This document shows, one piece after another, positions 42,199 through 55,951 of a stretch of 64,000 bases of DNA; the stretch's first letter is position 1; every line of letters starts with the position of its first letter. Both the position numbers and the translations under genes were made by a program. The notes beneath the pieces are model-generated. The model saw nothing but the letters and a program-made list of their open reading frames with translations. It did not search any database and was not told where the DNA came from. The stretch is taken from the NCBI RefSeq assembly GCF_006345805.1, contig NC_043001.1:59210001-59274000 (forward strand), read 5' to 3'. The DNA is from Octopus sinensis (lineage: Eukaryota).

Positions 42199-42887
42199 GT
42201 GTGTGTGTGTGTCTTTGTCTTTGTGCTTCATCACTGCTTGACAGCAGTGTTGGTTTACTACGTCCCCGTAACGTAACAGTTCGGCAAAAAAGAAGCGATA
42301 GAAGATATATATCAGGATTGATCTATTTAACTAAATATTTCAAGGCGGTACCCCAGCATGACCACAGCCGAATGACTGAATGAAATATGAAAGATAATGA
42401 TTCTTCTATCTACGCTGGTTTACACACGCAGACATCACACATATGTATGTCTACATATCTGTGTGTGGATGTGTGGATGTGTGAGTTCATGTTTGTATAT
42501 CTATTTGTATACTTCGGAATATTGTTATCAACGTGTTTTTGATACAGAAACAGAGTCTGTCCTTAACATCCTCAAATGATAACAATAATCGGTACACGCA
42601 CATATAAATGGATTCATTCATACGTACATACGAAACATACATACATATAAAAAGAGATAGACAGAGAGAAAGGGAGAGGGAGAGAGTAAGCTTTAAGTGG
42701 ATAGCAGTACGAATCGTAATACAGTGTACAATATGAAAGAGAAATAGAATAGTAAAGAACGAGTTTCATTGCTACTGTTTCCATTATAAATCCCCTTCCA
42801 ATCTCACCACTGTTTCTTTTCATCATGTGACTTACTATTTAAAGTTTTATAATATCTCTTTCCTTCCTCATCTCTCTCTCTCTCTCA
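41295..42887. repeat. Tandem duplication of a ~690-bp block (period 902 bp)
   Basis: 41295-41985 and 42197-42887 appear identical; three track ORFs recur at offset 902. Boundaries fall in (GT)n and (CT)n tracts. Confidence 0.92.
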
Positions 42888-44943
42888 GTCTCTCACAATT
42901 TCTCTCTCTCTCTCTCTTTCTCTCTCTCTCACACTCTGTAGCAAACCCTTTTTCATTCTTTATTTTGTAACGCATGTGTTAGTCTATCACACCGTTTTAC
43001 TAATGTACATATGTAAATTTTTCCCTTCTTTTTTTTTCTACCTCTTTCTTTCTACACATACACGTTTATGTTCATACTTACTCGTGTATTTGTATAATGC
43101 ACCTCATCGTTTTTTCAATTCAAATTATATACATTTCTCCTTTTCTTTCCCTCTGTAACTCTCTCTATCCCCCTCCCTTTCTCTCTTTCCTTTTATTTTG
43201 TTTCTGTGTGTCACTCAGTCTCGTTCTTTCTCTTTATGTTTCTGCAGGCTTCCGAATGTCGTATGAGAGAAAGAGGAAATATTTCAATCCATCTGTGAGG
43301 CGTAACTAATAAATGTTCTTTTTGGTTACTTCCAGCCTCTGTAGCATCATTAGATTTCAGCAAGTGAAGCGTAGCAAAAATAAGAAAAATTCCTCAATTT
43401 TGCCTTCGTAATTACCATTAGAAGAATAAATGTATAGTGGGTGGGTGAAGAATCAAAAGACTGCTGAATAGAGAAATATAATAACACACAATGGCAACGT
43501 ATAATGGCGGCGTTACGTCGTACTTTTCGTGAGGGTGGTGGCGTTACAGTGGTGGTGTTCATTTCAGGAGATGATGATGGAGCTGTGGTGTTTTTGATTA
43601 TAATGATGTTAGCGATAGCGGTACAATACTGGTGCCGTTAATGTATTGTTCTTGTTATTGTAAATGCTATCGTTGTTGTTGCCAATGGTTTTAATGCTGA
43701 TTGTTCGAATGGGTGGAAGCCTGGAAGAGAATAAAGAAAATGAAGGTAAATTTAACAATACAAGTTGGTTCTGCTTCGTTACAGGCGAATATAGAGAAAT
43801 TTATGTAGATATATGTACATAGCAACACGCGCATGGACACATCTAGACATACACACACGCGTGAGTTCGCGCGTAAACACATCCTTTTCTCTTTATATAT
43901 GTATGCGTCTGTGTGTCTACGTAAACGGACGACAGACACGAGCAGCCAATATATTGCATAGAGATAATCGTTAGAAGTAAAACATTTATGATTCACTTGT
44001 GTCTGAAACTTTGTTTCACAGGTTTTAAAATGCATGCCTCATCATTCAGATGACATTTAAAAATGGCATGGGGACATAACACCAAGTTGCAAATAAAGCA
44101 ACAAATTATTTTACCGTGAGTTTAGGCGGTTTTTATTCAACACATACAGCAGTCACATGGTAAAAGATATTCAAGACTACTTTTTAACAACATTTTGTCC
44201 GCTCAATTCTTGCCTCTGTAAAAGAGATATACGACTAGAATCCAAGAGCCAAATTAACGGTATCGAGCGATACATTGTCCTATTGCTAACTACTTTAATG
44301 TCTATAAATATGTGTGTGCGGGCATGAAAGTATGTATGTATATGTGTATGTATGTATGTAAGTATGTATGTATGTATGTATGTATGTATGTATCTATGTA
44401 TATATGTATGTAATGTATGTATGTTTCTTCCTGCGCTCGTGAAAAATGTTTTCCTCGTCTAGGCTTATAGGCCCTCATTATTTGTTTTCCTGTCCTGTTT
44501 CTATTCCTTCTTGTACTGTATTTTTTGTAATTGTATTTTTATTTTGTATTTGTTTTTAATCGTATTGTTTTTACGTCCTGTTTTTGTCACATTTTTTTCC
44601 TTGGTTTTACCCCTCTGCAAAGGAATTTTATTTAATTCTTTCGCAGGGAGGATTAGTTCGGCGAGACGTGTTCTGTCCTCACCTTCGAAACAGCTAGGGA
44701 CAGCTGATGAAGGGGATTTTTCCTTGTGTAGTTGTCTTGTACTCTGTTTTTTTTCGTTGTTAAAAAAATGGTCCGTTCCATGTTGTTTTTACTTTTTCGT
44801 TTCTCGTTGAGTTCTACGTCTATTTGTAGTGTCCGTACACACGTATATATATTTATATATGCATGTATATATACATGTAGATGTAGGTACGTACATATAT
44901 GTTTGTATGTATGCATATATTTTATTTATTACACTATATATAT

Positions 44944-44999
<56 letters not shown>

Positions 45000-45020
45000 T
45001 ATATATTTAGAGAGAGAGAG

Positions 45021-45190
<170 letters not shown>

Positions 45191-45603
45191 TGTTTCTTTA
45201 TTAGCCACACAGGGCTGCACACAGATAGAACAAATTACAAGGTAGAGCTTTTCTTTTGAAGGTTTAAAAAAAAAAATAATAATAATAATAATAATAATAA
45301 AATAAAAATAAAATAAAATAAAAAAGGGGGGGTCGATCAAAAGGGATCGTAAAAGGAGAGAAAGAGGACAAAAAAAGGGGGGGGGTTAAAAAAAAAGGGG
45401 GAGAGGAAAAAAAATTGATCAATAGGGATCGTTATCACAGAAATGTCAATATGAAGTGTAAAGGGGAGGACAGGTGAGGTTTACCCGTGGAAAGAAAAGC
45501 CTACGGAAAAGACCACGGTAACCTCGGTCAATGAAGTCACATGTTATATTTCTTTTTTTTTTTTTTTTGCAAATAAGCAACTCTCTGTATTAATTTTTAC
45601 GGT

Positions 45604-48600
45604 TCATAGAATCATAGTCAAGGTGGCTTCGTCATTCATACGTGCCATCCTTGCTACATTCACCCATCTTTTTTTAAAACATTCACTAGACAAAACTTGC
45701 CTCTCTACTCTCACTTTTTTCTTCAAGTGATACTTGAAGAAGTTGATGAGAGATTGACCAGAGAGGAAAGTGTTTGTCTCTAATCCTTTCAGACGCGTCC
45801 ACCAGATACATTCTTTCGCCATAGCCACAAGTATGATAAAAATAGCTCTTCCTTCCCGTTTGAAGGAAGGAGGCGTGACGATATTAACGATAGACTCGGC
45901 TGATAAACCGACACGTCCCACACGTGACAGCAGTCGTTCGACATAAGCCCACAGGTGGGAAATTGCTGGACACTGCACGATTGCGTGCAGAGCGGTTTCG
46001 TCGCTCTGCCCGCATCTCGGGCAGGTCGGCCCCGTGTTTCTCGAGCCATGCCTATAGAGCTTATCCCGAACGGGTAGCGCTTCTCGGTAGCACCGCCAGG
46101 CCAGGGATCTCTGGAAGTTGTCCATAGGTCCCGGGCCGAAAGTTGTTTGAAACAGGCGGGTCAGGTATTCCTCGTCGACGCCCAGGTTTGCCCCGAGCTC
46201 GTCGTCGTACCTCCCCTCCACTAATCCCCTATAGAGTGCTTTGGTTGTGTTGAAGTCACTCAAGGTCGACCCGGGACGGCAGAGTTGCTTGAGAGCAACG
46301 TGACACTCGCGGTGCCATTCGCCCTTCTTCGGCCTCTTTTTGATCCACGACTGTAGTTCGGTCATGGAGACGAGTTGCGGGAATGCGTGCCTCACAAACG
46401 GCGACCACACCTGTTCACCGTCGTCTACATAGAGCCGGAGATGTCGCAGTCTCAGCGCGTGTCTGCGCATCATCAACCACGGCATGCCCAGCCCTCCTTT
46501 TAACGGGTGTTGACAGCAAATGGATCGCCTGACCATCGGGACGCATCCATTCCACAAGAAGCGGAAGAGGATGCGTTCTAGTTTGGTGATGGTAGGGTCG
46601 GGACAAGGTACGACGGTCAGGCGGTAGTAGATGATGGACGCGATGTACGCGTTCACCACCTCCGCCCGACCTTTTAGGGACAGTTTCCTCTCGGCCCATT
46701 GCTGGGCGAGAGTGACCACCCTACTCGTTATCTCGTTCCAGTTCTTCTCCATTTGGAGGTCCGGACCGAACCAGACCCCGAGCAACTCAACCGGGCCGTC
46801 TGTCCAGCGTCCCACGACGGAGGTACTGGTGGACGGCATGGGTTTGCTTCTCCAGGTGCCGAGCCGCAAGCCCACTGACTTTTCCCGGTTGATTTTTGCT
46901 CCTGTCACCGCTTCGTAGTCTTTCAGTGTCTCGCCGACCCGCTCGATGTGCTCGTGGCTTGACACTATGACGGTGACGTCGTCCGCGTATGCAGACACGC
47001 TCGTCCCGCATCCTAATTCTCGCGGGATGCCCCTCAGAGTCGCCAGCTTCCGCAGTAGTGGCTCAAGAGTCAATACGTATAGAAGCGCCGAGAGGGGGCA
47101 TCCCTGACGGACCGAACGTGCAATGTCGAAGGGTCTCGATAGATGTCCATTTACGCGAATTACCGAACGGATGCCTCTGTACAAGGCAGCTATCCAGCCG
47201 CGGAAGACGGGACCGAAACCAGCCGCTCTCAGGACTGCCTCCAAGTATCGATGGTCTACCCTATCAAAGGCTTTCGATTGATCCAAGTTGATCAGGGCCC
47301 CACCCATGCCAGGTTCGTTAACTACCCTGTCTATGATGTAGCGCATCAGATGGAGGTTGTCATGGATGCTCCGGCCCGGCACGGCGCACGTTTGTGCGTT
47401 GTCGACCAGTTTCTCCATGACAAGCGCCAACCTCTTGGCTAACACCTTTGTCAAAATTTTCAGGTCTGCATTGAGCAGAGTGATTGGCCTAAAGTTATCT
47501 ATAATGTTTCCCTTGTTTGGATCTTTCTTCAGCAGAGTTACAGCTCCTCGACTCACAAAACGGGTATGCTCCCGTTTTGCTGCCAGTTGCAGTATACCGC
47601 TGCCGAGACGTCTCCAAACAAGTCTGGCATACAATAGTAAAATTCGTAGGGTAGACCATCCAAACCCGGTGATTTGTCCCTCGAGCATTCTGCCATCGCT
47701 TCCCGCACTTCCGCCGCCGTGATGGCACCTTCGCAGCACCCTGCCTTTCTTGTCGAGAGTCGTGGCAGGCTATGTAGGTAGGCACTGAAGTCTACCCTAC
47801 GTTCTTGCCCTCCACTCGTCCCGAACAGTCGGGCAAAGTGCTGCTGAAAGGCCTCACACATTTTACTTGGCTCGAGCAATTCGCGCCCCTGTTCATCTAC
47901 CAGTGACCGAATGGTGGCTTTGTTGCCCTGTTGCGCCTCTGCCACCCGGGCCTCTCTCGCGGCTCCAACACCTTCGTTCCTTAGAGCACGCATCCTAGCT
48001 CTGACAGCACATCCTTCGTGTTTGGCGTTGAAGTGTTGGTCGAGGGCCAACCTCGCCGCCAAAACGTAGGATGCGATGCCGCTTCTAATTGCCTCTTCTA
48101 GCTTCTTAACTAGCTCACCCTCTACTCTATTTCTATCTATGGCTAGTGCTTTGCTGTACCTAATCGCTTCTGCTTTTACTGCTCTCTTGAGGGCAAACCA
48201 CCATTTGTTGTTGATGATGGCTCCCGTCAAAGCCCTCTTTACTAGTGTGCTAATCCGGTCTCTGAAAACTTGTCTGGACGGGAATGATGCGTTCAGTTTC
48301 CAGTACCCAGGACCCTGTCTATGTGCCTTATCTAAGTCTAGCGTACACGTCACCAATTTGTGATCCGTGTAGCTGACTGTGTGGAATTGTGGACATCCTA
48401 AGTTATCCTTGTCTACTGTCCTACACAGTATCCTATCTAGATACGATCTCGACGACCCACTGCGGTTGCTCCATGTCCACGTTGGTGCATTTGGGTGGTC
48501 GAGTCGGTACCTGTCAGACAGTTGGAATCGTCTGAGCAGGTCTCTGAGGCATTTGCATCCCCTTCTGTTTCTGTCTCTACCCACGTAGTCTACATGCGTG

Positions 48601-49040
48601 TCCAAGGTAGCATTCCAATCCCCCACTAAGAGTAAAGGACGAGACGTTCCCAAGAATACTTCTAGACGTCGAAAGAAATCCGCCCGACCTGTTAAGGGCG
48701 GTGCGTAGACTGATACGAGTCGAAAAGCGCACCCATTGCTGCCGTCAACATCCAGAACGATCAGTCTACCCTCCGGGTCTACGAATATCGTCTTGACTTC
48801 GAGATCCAGGCTCTTGTGAAAAAGTACCGCGGTGCCACTACCGCCCATCCTCGGCAGACAGGGAGCGAAATAAATGTTAAACTGTCCGCCAAACATGGAC
48901 TTTAGGGCCCGTGGCTCGTGGAGTCTGGTCTCACTTATGGCTATGATTCCCAAATCATGTGACTTGATGTCATTTAGGAGGTATCCTTGTTTCCAAGGAG
49001 ACCCCAAGCCACGCGCATTCACACAACCAATCTTGACCAT
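45604..49040 (-). CDS. ORF2: APE endonuclease - reverse transcriptase - C-terminal zinc knuckle, one frameshift at ~47563
   Basis: APE motifs NARGL, ISET, YAP, GDWN and TDH; PGYWKLN; RT motifs KSPGLDG, FRPITLLN, DQSKAFD, RQGCPLS and YADD; CPRC...H...C knuckle. Restoring one C gives IPRFVSRG and a 1145-aa ORF. Confidence 0.9.
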
Positions 49041-49090
49041 GATTCTATTGGGGTGTGTGCTTTAAAACACACAAATGAAAGTACAGAGAG

Positions 49091-50808
49091 TTACTTACTT
49101 GTGTCGAAAGTTTTGGCTTCCTCGTTCTTTGATGTGTCTTCGAGGAGGTTTCTATATAGTTTTTGGGACAGATATTTCTGGAAACCCCCTACAGCATTTG
49201 GGAAGAGGGCTTTGAGTTTGTGGTGTTGTGTTTGTGTGATGTGTAGTATTTTGATGTGTTTGGGTGGTGTAGTGCGTGGATGATTGCTATTTTTAAAGTC
49301 ATCTTCACAAATGTTTGTGTATCCTGTGATGTACTCCATTAGTTTGGAGTCTTTTGTGTCTATCGCTGATAGCATTGTTTTTGTGGTGTTGGTGCTTGTT
49401 TTGTTGTGTATGGAGTTTTCAGGGTTCAGGTATCTCCCTGCTTTGGTTGCGATTTCTTGTTTGGTTTTTCTTGATCTTTTTCTTTTACCCCCTGTGGCTA
49501 TTTGCCATTCTGTCGAACTTTCATCGTTAGATGAAAAGTCTGACGAATCAGCAGGGGGCAAGGGTAAAGCGTCTGGGTGTGTTTGTGCGGTTGTAGATAT
49601 TGTTGTGGTGCGCGGGGAGGGTGTTGCTGGGGGGTTTGTTGTGGTTATTGTCTCTCCTACATCCTTGGTGCTTGTCTTCTTCGTTGTTATTCTTGGTGTT
49701 GGAATTGGTTTATTTGTTGTTGGTGGTGATGATTCTGTTCTTGGCGCTGGTGTTGGTGTTGTTTGGTTGGGTTGGTTTGTTCTTTGTTGTTTTTCCTGCA
49801 TTTCCGCATACAGCTTCTTGACTAGCTGTCCATATTGTGGTGTGGGCAATAATCCTGGCTTTTGTGATTTTTCCTGTGGCTGTTGTTGTTGTAATTTTGC
49901 GGCAGATTTGCACTCCTTTTTGAGGTGTGCCTCACTGCCACATGTATAGCATCGTGGCCTTCTGCCCTCGACTACTACGTATAACTTGCGGCCATCCTCA
50001 AGATGTACGTGGGTGGGGATTTTATTTATGTCCTCTTGACTTATGTGGAAGAGGAACTCTATTCTCTTTCCCAGCCAGTCCTTGTTTTCCGAAACACCGA
50101 TATCTAGGATGTTTATGTCCTCCATTTCGGATGTTACGGCGGATGTAATCCACAGTGTTGTAGTCACTTGGGGGACACCACTGATAATGACTTTCGTCAC
50201 CTTCTGGCCGAGGTAACTCGGTGTCAACGTTAGTTCATCAGAATGAAGGGTTATCGTTGAGAATTTCTTCGCCAACTCTTCATTCTGAAAAACCACCTGT
50301 ACGTGTGCGAACTTGTTCGCCCAAGTCACACAATCCTTGTATCCCCAGATGGGGCGTAAGCACTTTTCGACTTTGTCTGTGCTTGCCTTTTCTGGACTTT
50401 TTGTTTTTTTATTTGTGATTTTATATACAATTGTCTTTTTTTTCTCCTCATTCAGTATGTGCTGAGGTATGTGTAAGAGTATTTTTCCGTTTTGATTTGT
50501 AATAAGGTTTCTGCAATCTTAATCTGTTGTGTAGTAAACGAAACTTTTGTTACCTTTTCTTTTATCGCCTCGGCGAAGTTGTTGTTGTTTTGTTATTGTT
50601 GTTACTGTTGATGTTGATGGCAGGGGTGTGGGTTGTAGGTTTGTGGTTGCTGATTATGCAACTAGCAAGGGGTGGAAAATTGCCTGCGTAATTTAGTCCT
50701 GCATTAGCGCAAATTTCGGCATTTCGTTTGCTTGTCGTCGTTATTTTTTCACTTGTTGGTGATGGAGTGAGCAGTGGTTGAAGGGAATTGTTGTTGTCGT
50801 CGTCGTCG

Positions 50809-50852
<44 letters not shown>

Positions 50853-51203
50853 CTTGGTGACGGCGGTGGTGTTAGTAGTATTAGTAGCATTGACGGCACG
50901 GTCTTTGGTGGCGGTGATGGTGATGTTGGTATTGTTATTGGTGGCGACGTCTTTAGTAGGGATAGCAGTTTTAGTAGCAGATTCTGCCATGGTGTTGTTG
51001 TCGGTGTTGGTGGTGGTGGTGGTGGACTCACTGATGGTGTTGACGGTGCTTGGCCTTGCGACCTTTGTTTTGTATTTGTTGCTGTTGTCGATGTTGATGG
51101 TGGCGGAGTTGTCAGGTTCAGCGTAAGGTAACAGAGCATCCTGTTTTTCTGCCTCTGCGTCACGGTTGACTTGCACCTCAGCCTCGTGGTGACCAGTGGC
51201 CAT
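49091..51203 (-). CDS. ORF1: gag-like protein (low-complexity N-terminus, RRM-like region, CCHC zinc knuckle), two frameshifts
   Basis: CYTCGSEAHLKKEC knuckle. ORFs 50562-51233 and 49091-50329 join into one 704-aa frame after restoring single bases at ~50590 and ~50484. Confidence 0.75.
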
Positions 51204-51428
51204 TTTGGAAATAAAATGGCTAAATGAAACCACGAAGGCTATGAGAATTTTTTCTTTTAAATTTTGCCCACAAGGGGCAAAATTTTGTGGAGATATTTAT
51301 CAAAGGTTTACAGTGGATGTTGTTACACAACTTTTAAACACAAAATATTTCACAATAAATAATTTTCAAAGTACAAAATGACCAACTTACGTGGAGCCCA
51401 TTTGACTAGCGTCCGTCCGTCCGTCCAG

Positions 51429-51501
<73 letters not shown>

Positions 51502-51585
51502 TGTTTCTTTATTAGCCACACAGGGCTGCACACAGATAGAACAAATTACAAGGTAGAGCTTTTCTTTTGAAGGTTTAAAAAAAAT
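51502..51585 (-). mobile_element. ~85-bp 5'-truncated copy of the same Tx1-like 3' end, in the same (GATA)n tract
   Basis: Identical to 45191-45274; (GATA)n at 51429-51501 and 51588-51612. Confidence 0.9.
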
Positions 51586-52279
51586 ATAGATAGATAAATA
51601 GATAGATAGATATAGCATCCGTCTATTTAATTCAGATAGTCGCTTGTAAGATATTGAGAAGCGACAAATCCAACAAAGTACCCACATCTCTTTTTAATTC
51701 TTTCGTTAATTTATAACTTCTAAATTACATTTCTTACATTCACCCCGCCCTCTCTCTTTCTAGTGTGAAACATCAGGCTTACTTCAGATGTATCTATTAA
51801 GCAATGATAAAGATAAAGAATTCCTCGTCAGTATTATGTATTAGGTGGTATGTTAGTTTGGTTCCGACTTGAACGTACTTACTACGATTATTATCATAAA
51901 ATCTCAGAGAATTAATAATTATCAGTAGAGAACATTACTAAAATCATAATAAAAGGTCTGAGTAATAACAACAGTAAGTTCATTTCACATACTATTTCAT
52001 TGAAGAGTAAACAACATGTAGGCCACACATTTTCATCTCTTCCTCTTTTAATGTACATCTCTCTACACTATTTTCGCAATTTGCACACCCGAATCTGCCC
52101 TCTCCACCCTTTCTGCACTGCTGTTTCTGTCTATTTCACCCCACCCTTCCCTACTGAGATTTACCAATAATGATATCTCTACATTCGTTTATCATTCTTT
52201 ACATTCATCTCCGTACCATCCCTAACTACATGTCCATTTACTCCCATAATATTATTATGAACTTACTTACTCTTTCCTC

Positions 52280-52600
52280 CTGAGATCATCTATTCTCAAC
52301 AGGGTCTGTTTTCAACTGCCTTGCGAACAGACTCTGGTGACTTGTCACCAATATATGCATCTCCTCAATAGCAAGATGTTTGCGTGCTTGTCCCTCTATC
52401 ACGTTTAGCCTTTCAACACCTGGCATAAAACTACCTATCTTTCTTTCAAATACACTCCATTCAGTTACGTAGGGATTTTTCATTTTTTTATCTTTGACAT
52501 GCGACTTGGTGATTACACTAGTGCTAGTGACCAGAAAAAGCATTCAATGCACTATGTGAACTAATTGGCCTCCTGTCAAAGAAACGATGGGACGCTGATA
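52280..52600 (-). mobile_element. Possible highly decayed RTE-like LINE 3' relic
   Basis: Weak resemblance (YVTEWSVFERK...GVERLNVI) to the post-RT region of RTE elements. Confidence 0.25.
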
Positions 52601-52787
52601 TTGATGTCCGAAGCAGCCTTGCGGTTTCTGCGATCCGACTAACATATAAAATCAACCCAAAACCAGCATTGAAAACTAACGTTAAATAATACATAGATAC
52701 ATGCGCGCGCGCGTGTGTAAATTAACAACTTATATATACGTAGATATATTAAGTATGTATATGAACATTCATAATCATGCGTATATA

Positions 52788-54049
52788 TTGGGTTGGCAAC
52801 GAAGTTCCCGCCGTTTTTAAAAAAAAATTTTAAAAGGTTTAATAAAAAATAACAACTAATTAATCAATAATGTATTCACCCTTGTTGTTTACAACTTCTT
52901 CCCAACGTTCAACAAGATTTTCAGTAGCTCTTTCTTACAAATCACTCGATTTCGACTCGAAAAATTGATCAAACCAAGCTCTCAGTTCTGCATCAATATT
53001 GAACGAAACTCCACGCATAGCATTTGAAAGAGATCGAAAGAAGTGAAAATCCGTTGGTGCCAAATCTGGGGAGTACGTCGGGTGTGGCAGCACTTCCCAG
53101 TCATTCCTTGGTCATATTGCAGATATGAGGGCGGGTGTTGTGCATCATAAGAAATCCATGCTGCCGATTAGGTCTTTTCTGTTGAATAGCCATATTAAGT
53201 TCAACATAGAGCTCTGCGTTGACCGTTCGTTTGGTTCCGTTCAAGCAATTCGTAATGGATAATCCCTTCCCAGTCCCGCCATACGCACAGCATCGTTTTA
53301 CGCAGATGAAGATCTTGTTTCACGCGCAGTGTCGCTTGTTTACCGGAGCTAAGCCGTTCCTTACACTGCTTCATATTGATGTACAGGCACCATTTTTCGT
53401 CGTCAGTAACGATTTGGTAAATAAATCGTTGCTTGTGTAACATGAGTTGAGCGGTGACGAGCAAGCAAACCAGCGGAGATTGTGGTTCGTTGATTTTTGT
53501 TGTTGTCACATAAAGGATGCGAAACTCATGCTCCATACTTCTGAACCTTCCCTATCGAGTGAAGATGCTTCTCTATAGCAGTGTGGGAGCATTCCATTTT
53601 CTCTGCCAGTTATCTTGTCGTTTGACGAGGGTTTTCGTGCAAAAGTTGGTTTAATCGCTTTTCATCGAACTCAACTGGACAGCCAGAATCAGGTGCATCT
53701 ATTAGGTCAAAATGTCTATTTTTGAACTTGGCATACCAATGAGGAGCGGTTCTTTCAGCTATGGCACCCTCTCCATACACACCACAAATGTCACGTACAG
53801 TTTTTGCGGCCTTAGAACCTTGATTAAAAGCAAAAAGTAGGAGGTGCCGAAAATGCTCGTTTTTCTTAACATGACATTCCATTTTAATGATCTGAAAATA
53901 AACAAAAATTATCTAAAATTAACTAAAAAAAAAAATAGATTCCAAAATGATTCAAAAATAGAATTCTCGTAAAAAATAGATTCCAAAATTTAAAAACGCA
54001 ATAAATTCTAAAATTTAGATAAACGGCGCGAACTTAGTTACCAACCCAA
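52788..54049 (-). mobile_element. Full-length decayed mariner DNA transposon (1262 bp)
   Basis: TIRs ttgggttggcaacgaagttcccgccgttt and aaacggcgcgaacttagttaccaacccaa (26/29 match), TA TSDs. Transposase motifs HFRHLLLFAF, IVTDDEKW, MLCVW and HPTYSPDLAPTDFHFF; frameshifted. Confidence 0.92.
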
Positions 54050-54484
54050 TATATCAACACACAAACATCCGCATGTGTGTGTGTGTAAACATACTCACTC
54101 ACACACACATACACACACACACACATACACACACAAACACGTATATATATATGTGTATGTATGTATGTATGTACATATATATTGATAGCGCATATTTAAA
54201 GCTGGTAGAGGACAAAATGGTCTAAGATTACATCAATAACGACCGGTGATAAGGAAAAAAACCTCCGGAAATGCATTGGAACTGGTGACCGGCGACATAA
54301 TTATATCAGAAATAATATGTATATTTAATTTAAGCAAACAAGCATCTAGTGATGTTTACCGTGGGAGAATATGTGTTATGTGAATCTGATATTTCTATTT
54401 CCTCCAGAGAAATATGTGACCTAATACAATATTCATATGCAATGTATATGAATATTGTGTATGCATATGGTTCACAATGAACTG

Positions 54485-54517
<33 letters not shown>

Positions 54518-54539
54518 TGCAAACATACAGACATAGATG

Positions 54540-54595
<56 letters not shown>

Positions 54596-54745
54596 GTGTG
54601 TGTGTGTGTGTATGTATGTATGTATATGTATGTATATATATATAAATATATCTATATATATGTATATATATATATATAATTATATATATGTATATGTATA
54701 CATATAAATATATATATACACACGCACACACTCTCATATATATAT

Positions 54746-54788
<43 letters not shown>

Positions 54789-55287
54789 CTAGCAGTATCG
54801 CCCGGCGTTGCTCGGGTTTGTAAGGGAAATAACTATATAAGCATTTTTAAAGAGTTATACCCAAAAAATAGCAAAAAAATGCATTAAAAATGGAAAAAAA
54901 ATTATGGTAAATTTTTTTTAAATCGTTGACTTATCGTAGACATTTTTAGAGAGTTACTTCCCTTATATAATAGCGAAAAAATGTAATAAAATGGAAAAAA
55001 AATTATGGTAAATTTTTTTTAAATCGTTGACTTATCGTAGACATTTTTAGAGAGTTACTTCCCTTATATAATAGCGAAAAAATGTAATAAAATGGAAAAA
55101 ATTGATAGTAAATTTCTTTTAAAATCGTAGATTCATCGTAGACGCGCGCTAATACCCAGAAGGGCTCGATATGAATCACGACTATAAGATACCCGGTTTT
55201 GGGTAAACTGCACCGCAAAATGTGGAGGAGTTAGGAATCTAAATCGTAGGGGACAGACACACAGCTTCTCTTTTATATATATAAAGA
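54789..55287 (-). mobile_element. Non-autonomous Helitron-like element (499 bp) with an internal ~101-bp tandem repeat
   Basis: Minus strand A|TCTTTATATATATAAAAG...cccgagcaacgccggg-cgatactg-CTAG|T; internal repeat at 54921 and 55022 plus a partial copy; inserted in (TA)n. Confidence 0.8.
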
Positions 55288-55836
55288 TATATATATATAT
55301 ACACACGATGGTCTTCTTTCAGTTTCCTCTACCAGTTTCAGTCTACCAAATCCACTCACAAGGCTTTGCTTGGCCTGAGGCTATATTTGAAAGCGAACGG
55401 AGCCTGAGAGATGGTAACTTTCCAAACGAAGTGTGTACCGTAGGCTTTTTTTAGGCTAAGGGTATTTTGATTAAATGAAGTTTACATTGCCGTGTGTTAC
55501 TATGTACCTCATTACGATAATTTAATCAACATAACTCTAGTCTGAATATTATTACATCTGAAGTACCTCTCGCTTTGAAACATATGTAGACTGGATCTTA
55601 TCTGCTTCATTTCTTAACTCTTGTATTTTTATTCGCATACCTGGCAAACCTGGCTGCACATCGTGAAATACAACATATTGTACTCCGATAAGAAAAATTA
55701 CACATCCTGTCCCAATAAACCACTATTGTTCCTGAAAGTTTTTTCTTTTATATATTTCCTACGCATTGCTTGAAACTCACCTTCTTCCTACACCTTGATC
55801 CTTGGATCTTACATTTATGTGTGAGTGTGTGTGTGT

Positions 55837-55868
<32 letters not shown>

Positions 55869-55885
55869 GTAGATAGAGAGATAGG

Positions 55886-55951
<66 letters not shown>

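Larger units (their letters stand above)
45191..51428 (-). mobile_element. Full-length Tx1/L1-clade non-LTR retrotransposon inserted in (GATA)n
   Basis: 5'UTR starting (GGAC)n, gag-like ORF1, APE-RT-CCHC ORF2, and a ~410-bp 3'UTR ending TAATAAAGAAACA. (GATA)n on both sides. Confidence 0.92.

Noticed and set aside
43248-43294. Plus-strand 47-nt exon candidate (tttctgcag|...|gtgagg)
   Set aside because: Isolated; the acceptor comes from a CT-rich low-complexity tract; no partner exons or recognisable peptide.
45789-50148. Several 65-220 aa antisense or alternate-frame ORFs overlapping the Tx1-like ORFs
   Set aside because: Shadow ORFs expected from GC-richer coding sequence; no independent motifs.
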